Notes under the pieces: generated by a model
The model's database searches: none
What the model saw: only the letters and a program-made list of their open reading frames with translations
What the model was told of the DNA's origin: nothing
Part shown: in pieces, positions 7,908 through 16,144 of the stretch
Position numbering within the stretch: position 1 is the stretch's first letter
Layout of the letters: each line of letters opens with the position of its first letter
DNA from: an uncultured virus (IMG/VR IMGVR_UViG_3300017970_000189)
Lineage: Duplodnaviria > Heunggongvirae > Uroviricota > Caudoviricetes
Virus record (IMG/VR): IMGVR_UViG_3300017970_000189
DNA length: 20,000 bases
Direction: 5' to 3' (one strand)
Program-made: the position numbers and the translations under genes

Positions 7908-10154
7908 ATGCCAGGATCCAAGCGCCCTTTCACCGCCGAGCAGAAGGAGCGCATCCTCTATCAGGCCTCTCAGAATATCGGGATTTCTGAGATCGCGCGC
8001 GAACTCAACGTCGAGCCTCGTCGCGTCAGCGGCTACATCCGGACCATGGTCAACGCCGGGAAGGTTCCGGATCTTCCTGCCTTCAGGTCGACCTCTCCGG
8101 AAGTCGTGGCGATGGGAAGCATCCAGGCTCCGGTCATGCCGGTTCCGCCTCAAGCAGCCGTAGCTGCCCCTCCGGTAGTGCCGCCAGTCGCGCCTCAAGC
8201 GGCGCCCGCGCCTCAACCGACGGCTCAAACCGTGCCTGCGCAACCGGTTTATGTAACGCCGCCCGCGGCAGCTCCCGTGGGCGACGGCTGGTACGGCGGC
8301 CGTCCGATCTATGGAAGCATTTCGGGATTCCAGAATCCTCTCCAGCAGGTGAAGACGGTCGTCGAGCGGAAGATTCCGAACGACGGGATCCTGGGCGAGC
8401 ACTACGGCGAGATGAGCCGCGAGCGCATCTGTGAAATTTACGGGGAAGGCCTCTACAAGGTGATCCGTTCGGAACCCGGCAAGCCTCCCGTCGAGCATGA
8501 AGTCCTGGCGAGCGCCGCTTATGGGCCGCCGAAGATACCGAAGAGGACGGTCTCCAGTTTAGAGGGACAGGGACGCTCTGGCTTCCAGCGTCCTTGGATG
8601 TCCCAGCAGCGTCCGTGGGACCGGGGAGGGGAGGAGGACGACGGGCGTCCGGCGCGTCCTTATGCCCCGCCGTCCTACTATAACCGCCCGGATCCCGGTG
8701 CCTACGATTATCGCCATAACTCGATGGCGGATGCCGCGGCCGCCGCGACGACCGAAGCGATCAAGCAGATGGGAACGCTGCACGAAAAGACGATCGAGCA
8801 GCTCGAAAAATCGCGTTCGAACGGCCCGGACTCGTTCATGACGAACTTCCTGAAGGAGCAGCAGACGGCCTGGCAGCAGAAATATCAGGAAGATGAACGG
8901 CGCCGGGCAGAGGAGCGGAAGGACGAGGAAGCCAAGTGGGAGCGCCGGCAGCGCGAAATCGACGCGGACTACCGGCGCCGGCAGGACGAGGCCCGCGGGG
9001 CCCACGAGCGCGAACTCGACCGCCTGAAGGCGGAGACCGCCGCGCGCGAAGCCGCCGCGAAGGAAGAGCGCAAGATGCTCATGGAGCTCGAGGACAAGAA
9101 GCTCCAGGTGATCCGCGATGAGCACAAGATGCGCCAGGAGGCCCTCCAGGAGGAGCTCAAGCGGAACCGCGAGGAGCTGAAGGAGATTCAGGAGAAGACC
9201 GAGAAGCGCATCTCGGAAGTCAACCAGACGACCGCAGCCCATATCGCCGAGTCGAACGAGCGCCTGGAGAAGGAGCTCGAGCGCGAGCGCGAAAACCTGG
9301 AGCGCGAGCACAAGCTCAAGGAAAAGGCGATGGACCAGCGCAACAACCTTGAGCAGCAGATCATTGAGATCAAGAAGGAGTCCCTCCAGAACCAGGGAGG
9401 CGACCAGATCTTCCAGACCATCAATACCGTGATCAAGGAGTTCTCCAAGGGCCTAGAGAAGATCGTCGATCTGAAGAAGATCGAGGCGATGACTCCGGAG
9501 GCCCAGGCGGCCGCCGTGGCCCGCGGAGCGATCGACGGGAACGTGATGGGCGAGCCGAAGAGGGAGCCGGCCGAGGCTCCCAAGCCGCAGCAGCAGCAGA
9601 ATAATCAGGCGGCTCCTCCTCCGCCAAATGCCCAGGCGACCAAGGTTAATGGGAACGGTAACGGTGCATCCGCTGCTCCCAAGGGGGAACAGAAAAGCGA
9701 GGAGAGCCAGATGGAGCAGATCATCCAGGACATGCTGGACAAGCCCTTCTTCAAGCAGGTCCTCAAGGAGTGGTGCTTCCACATCAAGCGGGAGCAGGAC
9801 CCCACGACCTTCGCCAACATGTTCATGGAGTGGATGCGCGACCCCCTCGACCACGAAGGCCGCAAAGCCACCACCATGTTCGCGAATTTCATGAAGCCGC
9901 GCGAATGGTCGGACATGCTGAAGGTCATGAGTCCCAAGCTCGATAAGGACACGGTCAAGGTCTTCCAGAGCGAGGCGGCAACAGACTTCTACGATGGCTT
10001 CAAGGCCATGGTAGTGGAGCAGATCCGGGATTACTGGGAACAGTTCCTGGCCGCGAGGAAGGCTCAGCGCGCGGCCCAGACGGCGGCTGGAGAGGCTCCT
10101 GGGGCGGAAGCGCCCAGCGAGGCCGCCGCTCAGGAGGGCAACGGCAAGAAGTAA
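7908..10154 (+). CDS. Large protein: N-terminal HTH, Pro/Ala-rich linker, long E/K/R/Q coiled coil, C-terminal helical domain (748 aa)
   Basis: FTAEQKERIL...ISEIARELNVEPRRVSGYI is an HTH pattern; GGGAG RBS; strong GC3 codon bias; TAATG overlap with the next gene. Confidence 0.85.
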   Translation: MPGSKRPFTAEQKERILYQASQNIGISEIARELNVEPRRVSGYIRTMVNAGKVPDLPAFRSTSPEVVAMGSIQAPVMPVPPQAAVAAPPVVPPVAPQAAPAPQPTAQTVPAQPVYVTPPAAAPVGDGWYGGRPIYGSISGFQNPLQQVKTVVERKIPNDGILGEHYGEMSRERICEIYGEGLYKVIRSEPGKPPVEHEVLASAAYGPPKIPKRTVSSLEGQGRSGFQRPWMSQQRPWDRGGEEDDGRPARPYAPPSYYNRPDPGAYDYRHNSMADAAAAATTEAIKQMGTLHEKTIEQLEKSRSNGPDSFMTNFLKEQQTAWQQKYQEDERRRAEERKDEEAKWERRQREIDADYRRRQDEARGAHERELDRLKAETAAREAAAKEERKMLMELEDKKLQVIRDEHKMRQEALQEELKRNREELKEIQEKTEKRISEVNQTTAAHIAESNERLEKELERERENLEREHKLKEKAMDQRNNLEQQIIEIKKESLQNQGGDQIFQTINTVIKEFSKGLEKIVDLKKIEAMTPEAQAAAVARGAIDGNVMGEPKREPAEAPKPQQQQNNQAAPPPPNAQATKVNGNGNGASAAPKGEQKSEESQMEQIIQDMLDKPFFKQVLKEWCFHIKREQDPTTFANMFMEWMRDPLDHEGRKATTMFANFMKPREWSDMLKVMSPKLDKDTVKVFQSEAATDFYDGFKAMVVEQIRDYWEQFLAARKAQRAAQTAAGEAPGAEAPSEAAAQEGNGKK

Positions 10155-10951
10155 TGGACGGAAGATTGGACGGAAACAGAATCCGCGGCTACGCGCAGGC
10201 GAGCCGCCGGCAGATGGGGAGTGCCGCTCCGGCGAGCACTTCGGCGCTCAACGCTCCTTCTCCGGACACCGGAGAGGTGCGTCATACGGCGCTTCCGGAC
10301 ACTTTCGACGGCATTCGCTTTGAGATCGGCAGGATGGTCCGCTATGTGCAGGATGCGGCGTACGATCAGGTCGTCCGGCGTCACACGAGCGACATCTGCT
10401 CCCAGTATCGGGCGATGGTGGTTTCGATGAATGGTCCGGCTCCCTCGAGCGAGGACGCCATGTGCGCCGAGGCGATCGATGCCTGGTGTCGGGACCACTT
10501 CGTCTACGTGAACGACCCTCCCAACGTCGAAGTCATCCAGACGCCGCGGCGCATGATCAAGCAGACCAAGATCCCGAAGGACGTGATCCGTTTCCTCTGC
10601 GAGCCGTTCTACGAGGCTCTCGAGGAGGCAGGAATTTCTTTCGACCGTAATGCCTATGTTCCTCCCGATCTCTACATCGGCGACTGTGACGAAGCGGCGT
10701 GCGCGATGCTCGGGATGTGCGCCTGCGTGGGATTGTCCGAAGGGGGCGGCAGGGTGGGCAGCAGCGAGGAAGGGGTCAGCTTGCGCCCGCTCCAGTACCG
10801 CTTCGGCGGGAACGACGGGACGCTCCACCACGTCTGGGGCTACATCGGCGTGAACGGAAACCTGGTGGATGCCGATCATACCGAGCCGGACTTCAAGCTG
10901 GGAGATCACTCCAGGTTCGAGGCCTTCGAGGCCGTGGAGGTCCCGGTATGA
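10154..10951 (+). CDS. Transglutaminase-like cysteine protease/acyltransferase with an intact triad (265 aa)
   Basis: YVNDP..VEVIQTP, GDCDE (Cys), HHVW (His) and DAD (Asp) motifs typical of the transglutaminase-like superfamily. Confidence 0.85.
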   Translation: MDGRLDGNRIRGYAQASRRQMGSAAPASTSALNAPSPDTGEVRHTALPDTFDGIRFEIGRMVRYVQDAAYDQVVRRHTSDICSQYRAMVVSMNGPAPSSEDAMCAEAIDAWCRDHFVYVNDPPNVEVIQTPRRMIKQTKIPKDVIRFLCEPFYEALEEAGISFDRNAYVPPDLYIGDCDEAACAMLGMCACVGLSEGGGRVGSSEEGVSLRPLQYRFGGNDGTLHHVWGYIGVNGNLVDADHTEPDFKLGDHSRFEAFEAVEVPV

Positions 10952-11589
10952 GAGGCCTGGGAAGAGCCGACGTCCATCCCGAGATTGGCCGCGCAAGGGC
11001 GACCTCGGAGATGGTCCGGTTCGACTACGGCCGGATGGCCGACCAGGTCCAGAATGCGCGGAAGGATGGGATGTTGATCGATTTCTCCCGCCTGATCTGC
11101 GCCCATTTCGGAAAAATCGTGGAAGAGATGTCCGCCCGGGAAGGACGGCCGATCTCGGCTCACAACAACAAGACGCTGTTCCTGGAAGCGATCGACATCT
11201 GGTGCCGGAAGCGCTTCTGCAACCACGGAAGGCAGGGAGCATCCTGGACGACGAGCCCGATCGATGTGATCAAGCATGCGATGGGGCCGTTCTACGGATC
11301 CATGGAGCTCGAAGACCCTTCGCGCTACCGGATGAGCCGCCAGCCGATGCCTCCAGCCTATGTAGGGACCCACGAGGATGCGATAGCGACCGCGCTCGGA
11401 CTCTGCGCGTGCCTCGAAATCCAGCCGCTCCAGTTCCGCCTGGGCATGAACGAAGGGGTTCCGGAACACATCTGGGGCCGGGCCCAGGCGGATGGGAAGT
11501 GGTACGACGTGGATTTTTCGAGCCCCGAGTTCAAGCTGGGGGACCACCGGAAGTTCAGCGAGTACGAGGAAGTGGAGATCCCGCTATGA
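10948..11589 (+). CDS. Transglutaminase-like paralog lacking the catalytic Cys (213 aa)
   Basis: ATGA overlap start at 10948 in the 10699 frame. Colinear with the upstream gene (EAID.WCR, PFY, PLQ.R.G, H.WG, P.FKLGDH..F...E.VE.P), but GDCDE has become GTHED. Confidence 0.85.
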   Translation: MRGLGRADVHPEIGRARATSEMVRFDYGRMADQVQNARKDGMLIDFSRLICAHFGKIVEEMSAREGRPISAHNNKTLFLEAIDIWCRKRFCNHGRQGASWTTSPIDVIKHAMGPFYGSMELEDPSRYRMSRQPMPPAYVGTHEDAIATALGLCACLEIQPLQFRLGMNEGVPEHIWGRAQADGKWYDVDFSSPEFKLGDHRKFSEYEEVEIPL

Positions 11590-12266
11590 TCCCGCTTCCC
11601 ATCGTCCGGTATCGCCTGGGGGCTGAGGAGCTGATCGAGCTCGGCCGCACGGGGCAGGCCTTGAAAGGGCATGCGCCGTTCCTGGCGAACCGGCCTCGGA
11701 TGAGGCTGGGAGCGGCCGCGGGGAGAGATGTTGAATCCCTGGCGACAGAGAATGGGGCGGTCCTGACGGATGCCCTTTCGACCGATCTTCATCTCCTGGA
11801 AAAACTTTCGCCGGTGTCGGTCGACATCATGTCGAAGAGCGATCTCGTGGCGTTCAGGGCGGTCGGGGACCTCCTCGACCACGTTCCCTCGATCGACATG
11901 CTTCTGGGACAGATCCTGCTCCTAGGGAATGCGTCCGTCAAATTCGGGCTTCCGCTCCCCGCCAAGGTGGCAAGCGGATTCGACAATATCTTGAGCGGAA
12001 TCGCGGGCGTTCTCGCGGCGACCGGAAGCGGGGCCCAGAACCAGAGGGTGCTCGATCTGGCCCGAGAAGAGATCCTTTCCAAGGTGCCCGATCAGGATGG
12101 AATGAAAGCCGTTTTGAACGCCGCAGGCGTCACAGGCGATGACCTTGTTCCGGTGAACAGGCTGTCCGGAATTGCGCCGGCGAACCCTCCCCCCGCGGGC
12201 GCGCAAGGATCGTCCGAGCTTGGAAGCGCGAGACGGGATGTCCTGCTCCTGCTTTCCAGAGGATGA
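11586..12266 (+). CDS. Hypothetical hydrophobic helical protein, possibly virion- or membrane-associated (226 aa)
   Basis: ATGA overlap start at 11586 with GGAG upstream, in the 10869 frame; the upstream extension of that ORF is a shadow of the TGase-like genes. Confidence 0.7.
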   Translation: MIPLPIVRYRLGAEELIELGRTGQALKGHAPFLANRPRMRLGAAAGRDVESLATENGAVLTDALSTDLHLLEKLSPVSVDIMSKSDLVAFRAVGDLLDHVPSIDMLLGQILLLGNASVKFGLPLPAKVASGFDNILSGIAGVLAATGSGAQNQRVLDLAREEILSKVPDQDGMKAVLNAAGVTGDDLVPVNRLSGIAPANPPPAGAQGSSELGSARRDVLLLLSRG

Positions 12267-12330
12267 CAGGTCCAGGGGAGATTGGCGGTCGGGTCTGTAG
12301 CCCGGCCGGCACTTTTGTAGGAGAAGAAAA

Positions 12331-13086
12331 ATGGCCAAGAAGCAGCCTTCGAAGGGCGCCGGCCGGAAGGCAGAGAGCGGGAACGTGATCGTCGATCTCG
12401 GAGAAGACATCGACAAGAAGATCCGTTCCGCCGTCGGGGATGCGAGGCGGAGCATGGAGCGGACCGAGATGGGCCGTCCAGGCGAGTTCCGTTCCGGCGG
12501 GTTCCGCCCCGGAGTGTTCGGACATCGCCCCGGCGGCTACCGTCCCGGCGGGTATCGTCCCGGGGGATATCGCCCCGGCATGTTCGGCGGCTACCGTCCG
12601 TGGTATGCCGACCGGACGGGCCGCGGCGGCTCGATGGGCATGGCGTTCATGACCGAGCCGGTAAAGCCCGTTCAGATGCTGGGCGGACTCGCGCTCGGCG
12701 TGGTGGGCAACCGCGCGCTCGTGCGCGTGACGCCGGATCTGATCGGGCATCCGTCGGAGGTGATCCACACGGGCATCGCCTTCGTGGTGGGCCTCGTGCC
12801 GGTCCTGGTGAGGCCGAATTCGATCACGGTCGGCGTGGCGATCCCCGGCGCCGTATATTTCGCCGGAGCGCTCGTCGATTTCGCGATGAACAAGGTCGGG
12901 ATCAAGAAGCCCACGCTCTCCGGAGCGGAGGCTCCGGCGCAGGCTCAGCCCCAGGCATTGCGTGGAGGGGCGGATGCGGCCTTGGCCGCCCGCCAGAAGT
13001 TGGCGCATCTTCAGTCGCAGATTCAGCAGCCGGTGCAGCAGCAGCAGTACGCCGGCAACCCGCGCGCGGTCGCGTACGCGCAGTAG
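12331..13086 (+). CDS. Putative membrane protein with RPGG(Y/F) repeats (251 aa)
   Basis: AGGAG RBS; basic N-terminus with RPGGY x3 and variants; 2-3 hydrophobic segments; Gln-rich C-terminus. Confidence 0.8.
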   Translation: MAKKQPSKGAGRKAESGNVIVDLGEDIDKKIRSAVGDARRSMERTEMGRPGEFRSGGFRPGVFGHRPGGYRPGGYRPGGYRPGMFGGYRPWYADRTGRGGSMGMAFMTEPVKPVQMLGGLALGVVGNRALVRVTPDLIGHPSEVIHTGIAFVVGLVPVLVRPNSITVGVAIPGAVYFAGALVDFAMNKVGIKKPTLSGAEAPAQAQPQALRGGADAALAARQKLAHLQSQIQQPVQQQQYAGNPRAVAYAQ

Positions 13087-13286
13087 CGCTTAGCCGCGCG
13101 GCGGGGGTGGCTGTCGCTTGGCCGTCCGGGGGAGGAGCTCTCAAAAAGAGGGCTTTGAGGACGGGGAGCGACGCCCCCCCTGTCCGTGCCAATGAAGTCT
13201 GAAGTTTGATGAAGTGATGAAGTGAGAGGCCCGCCCGGGGAAGTGTTTCCTCGGGACCGAACGGAAACAGAAAAGCGGAGAACCAT

Positions 13287-14006
13287 ATGTTCAGACCCCC
13301 CGAGTATGCAGCGCTGATCAACCCGATCGCCTGCAATGCGTTCGCCATGCGGTGCGAAGGCCGCGCCGACGTCAAGCAGACCGTGACGGTGGACACCGGG
13401 CTCACCCCCGGCGGCACCCCGATCACGCTCAACAGCCTGGACTTCACGACGCAGAGCGCGGTCTGCGACGCGAAGATGTTCGTGCTCCCGTACGTGGAGC
13501 TCGTGACCCCGGTGTCCCCGGACTACCTGGGCCAGTTCCACACGGCGCTGCTCACCTTCTCGATCGACGGCGAAAAGGTGATCAACCAGAGCGCGATCCA
13601 GAACCACCTGCTGTGCCCCGCGTGCCTCGTGGCCGCGCAGCCCACGAACCTGGGCGTGCTCCTGATCGCCGGCGTGTCGGAGGATGAGCTTCTCGGCGGC
13701 TGCCAGATGTTCTTCCTGCCCAACGGCACCCGGACCCAGGCGCAGATCACGGGCATCCCGACCGGAGCGGGCGTCCTCCGGATCAACACGGGCATGATCC
13801 TGGCGAACTACACCACGAAGGCCCGCCAGGGCTGCTTGTTCGGCGTCGGCGCGCTCGACGCTCAGCAGCAGGCGTACCCGGTCACGTATCCGTGCCCGGC
13901 GACCTTCGGCGCGGCGATGCAGCCCGCGACGACTCCGGCGATCCCCGCGAGCGGCCCCACGGCCGGCCCCGCGATGGGTCCCGCGAACGTCGGCGGCGGC
14001 CGCTAG
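13287..14006 (+). CDS. Beta-rich protein, candidate single jelly-roll major capsid protein (239 aa)
   Basis: Alternating beta-strand patterns (LLTFSIDGEKVI, FFLPNGTRTQAQITG, VLRINTGMIL), very high GC3, long 5' UTR and strong 3' hairpin. The CDS itself is solid; the capsid call is inference. Confidence 0.5.
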   Translation: MFRPPEYAALINPIACNAFAMRCEGRADVKQTVTVDTGLTPGGTPITLNSLDFTTQSAVCDAKMFVLPYVELVTPVSPDYLGQFHTALLTFSIDGEKVINQSAIQNHLLCPACLVAAQPTNLGVLLIAGVSEDELLGGCQMFFLPNGTRTQAQITGIPTGAGVLRINTGMILANYTTKARQGCLFGVGALDAQQQAYPVTYPCPATFGAAMQPATTPAIPASGPTAGPAMGPANVGGGR

Positions 14007-14037
14007 TTCGGCGCGTACCTGGCGTTTTGACCGGTTT

Positions 14038-14063
14038 GGGGAGGGCCCGAAAGGGCCCTCCCC
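14038..14063 (+). terminator. Perfect 11-bp GC-rich hairpin with GAAA tetraloop (leaky terminator or 3' stabiliser)
   Basis: GGGGAGGGCCC-GAAA-GGGCCCTCCCC followed by only TT, 31 bp after the 14006 stop. Confidence 0.7.
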
Positions 14064-14088
14064 TTCCGGCATCTAAAAGAGGTGCGCA

Positions 14089-14688
14089 GTGTATCCGCAA
14101 TCCCCGAATCCCGGAGTGGTTTGCCCCCAGGTCACGGTTGCGGACTACCTTGCGGCTTGCAAGTGCAAGGGCGGCGCTCCGACCGCCTTCCAGCATCTCG
14201 GAAACGGAGAGCCTTCCCAGTTCCTGAAGGACCTGGTTTGCCTCTTTTCCACCATCGGGGCTCTCGAACCCCTTTCGGCCAGATGGCCGGGGGCTTGCGA
14301 TCTCGTCACGGTCTTCGATAAGACCGTCGAGATTCCTCCCGCGACGCTCAATTCCCTCGGTCAGCTCGTCCCGGGCGAAAAAAAATTGATTCAGATCTGC
14401 GCTCCCATGGGACAGGCGCTGGTCGTCGAGAAGCTCCGGGCGCGGCCGGTCAACCTGACGGCGGTCCAAAAAGGCGACATCGTGTTCAAACGCCTGGCCG
14501 TCTTCGGGTTCAGCGAAGGGTTCTGCCCGCCGGGGGAACCGGCGGATGGTGATGATCTGGGCACGTTCCAGAATATTGAGCATGTGCTGCTTTCCCCGGA
14601 ATCCGGCTTCGATGTCCACGCGAGAAACTCCGATCTTTACAGCCCGGGGCTGATCCACATCTACGCCAGGATGTGGGCGACCTGCTAG
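14089..14688 (+). CDS. Beta-rich protein, candidate second jelly-roll (minor capsid) protein (199 aa)
   Basis: GAGGTG RBS and GTG start; strands IQICAPMGQALVVEKL, VLLSPESGFDVHARN and LIHIYARMW. The structural call is inference. Confidence 0.5.
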   Translation: MYPQSPNPGVVCPQVTVADYLAACKCKGGAPTAFQHLGNGEPSQFLKDLVCLFSTIGALEPLSARWPGACDLVTVFDKTVEIPPATLNSLGQLVPGEKKLIQICAPMGQALVVEKLRARPVNLTAVQKGDIVFKRLAVFGFSEGFCPPGEPADGDDLGTFQNIEHVLLSPESGFDVHARNSDLYSPGLIHIYARMWATC

Positions 14689-14722
14689 CAAAAACTTCTG
14701 TGGTGCGGACGAAAGGAAGAGG

Positions 14723-15187
14723 ATGGACGGCTTTGTAATCCAGACCCGGCAGAAGGCGGATGTCCTCTTCCAATCCATCACCCCGCTTCCCGCGGGACAG
14801 GTATTCACCTCCGCCATCGCCCGGGTCGCCGGATACGGAGAGATCGCGATCCTGGCCATTTCCGACCAGCCGTTCACGATCGTGGTGACCGAGGCGATTG
14901 AGCTGCCTCCGACGCTTTATCAGCCGCAGGAAGCGCTCGTGCCGACTCCGCTCCCGCCGCCATTGCCTCCGCCGACTCCGACGCCTCCGGCCGCGGCGCC
15001 GCCGATCGGGGTCGGGACGTTCGGACAGACTCAGCCGACGATCAATTCCGCCCTGGTCGGCGGAAGGCAGCAGGTCGCCATGAGGATCCAGCCGTTCGGG
15101 ACCTTCATGCAGATGGTGCTCACCAATACCGGAGTGGCGAGCGAGACCCTGCTCAATTTCCAGGTTCTGGGCATCCCGGTGTCATGA
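14723..15187 (+). CDS. Beta-sandwich-like protein with a polyproline insert, candidate vertex/penton-like protein (154 aa)
   Basis: Strands EIAILAISDQPFTIVV and FMQMVLTNTG...LNFQVLG flank PTPLPPPLPPPTPTPP; purine-rich RBS region. Confidence 0.5.
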   Translation: MDGFVIQTRQKADVLFQSITPLPAGQVFTSAIARVAGYGEIAILAISDQPFTIVVTEAIELPPTLYQPQEALVPTPLPPPLPPPTPTPPAAAPPIGVGTFGQTQPTINSALVGGRQQVAMRIQPFGTFMQMVLTNTGVASETLLNFQVLGIPVS

Positions 15188-15220
15188 GCCCGGTGATGGA
15201 GTATTCGGAGAGGGAGACCG

Positions 15221-16144
15221 ATGGCTGGAGAGGTCCTCAAATTCCCGAGGCCGGAAAAGGATAATTCCGGGCAGAAGGAGAGAGAACTTACCTCCGGCGT
15301 TCGGGAACCCAAGGTTCTCGAAAAGTTCGACCTGGGACGAAGCCAGGACCTCCTCGTCGTCGTCCAAAGAATCACCTCGGGCTGCCAGGCACTCCTTGAG
15401 TTCATCCACGCCAATCGGGATCTGTCGAGAAAGGCCGGAATCGAGACGATCGCTATCGAACTCGCTGCCTCCCTGGAAGGGGAGCCTTTCGAACGGATCA
15501 TGGATGCGCTCGAGGAGGCCGCAGGAAGCGGAGAAGAGCTTCACCTCACCACGGAAGGCCTCGCCAGACTCCGGAGGATGGAGACGCTTCTGGCCGAGGC
15601 ATCGAACAACATCAACCGCTTCACCTATGGGGGCCAAAGACTTGCGGAGGTCGCTCGGGCTCGGGCCGACCGGGAGGTCGGCCGGGCGAAGCTCGGGCTC
15701 AAGGTGGCGGAGAAACGCCTGGAGGCGCTGCGGGAAAAATACAAGATCCGGGATTACGCCGCGGAGAAGGAGATCGCGCTCATGGCGGGATCCCCGGAGT
15801 GGATGACCGTTCAGGCCAAGGAACGGGTGCGTCTGGAAGGGGAGCAGCGGAAGGTCGAAATCGAGATTGCGGAGAAGAAACTGGCCGCGCTTCGGGATGA
15901 GGCGGAAGTGCAAGGCTATGCGGCCCATAGAGAAGCGGACATCCTGGCCGGAATAGATGAACTGAACGACGTCGAGCTGGCAGAAGCCGCTCCTATAGAT
16001 CGCCAAGCAGCGCCTGGGATGAACTCGAACGCTCTCCTATGGGGGTCGGTGATTGCTTTCGGCGCCGTGGCTGTCACGCTCGTGATCATCGCAGCAACAA
16101 CGGCAGCGTCGAGAGAAAAAGCCGCCCCCCATGAGCGACCTTGA
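15221..16144 (+). CDS. Coiled-coil protein with a C-terminal transmembrane helix (307 aa)
   Basis: GGAGGGAG RBS; heptad-like E/K/R/L region; hydrophobic [22 protein letters not shown] near the C-terminus. Confidence 0.8.
   Translation: MAGEVLKFPRPEKDNSGQKERELTSGVREPKVLEKFDLGRSQDLLVVVQRITSGCQALLEFIHANRDLSRKAGIETIAIELAASLEGEPFERIMDALEEAAGSGEELHLTTEGLARLRRMETLLAEASNNINRFTYGGQRLAEVARARADREVGRAKLGLKVAEKRLEALREKYKIRDYAAEKEIALMAGSPEWMTVQAKERVRLEGEQRKVEIEIAEKKLAALRDEAEVQGYAAHREADILAGIDELNDVELAEAAPIDRQAAPGMNSNALLWGSVIAFGAVAVTLVIIAATTAASREKAAPHERP

Noticed and set aside
7908..8060. HTH as part of an IS transposase
   Set aside because: No DDE domain, terminal inverted repeats or target duplication seen; the HTH is fused to a coiled-coil protein.
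10699..11585. N-terminal extensions of track ORFs 10699-11589 and 10869-12266
   Set aside because: They overlap real upstream genes; ATGA-coupled starts at 10948 and 11586 with RBS fit better.
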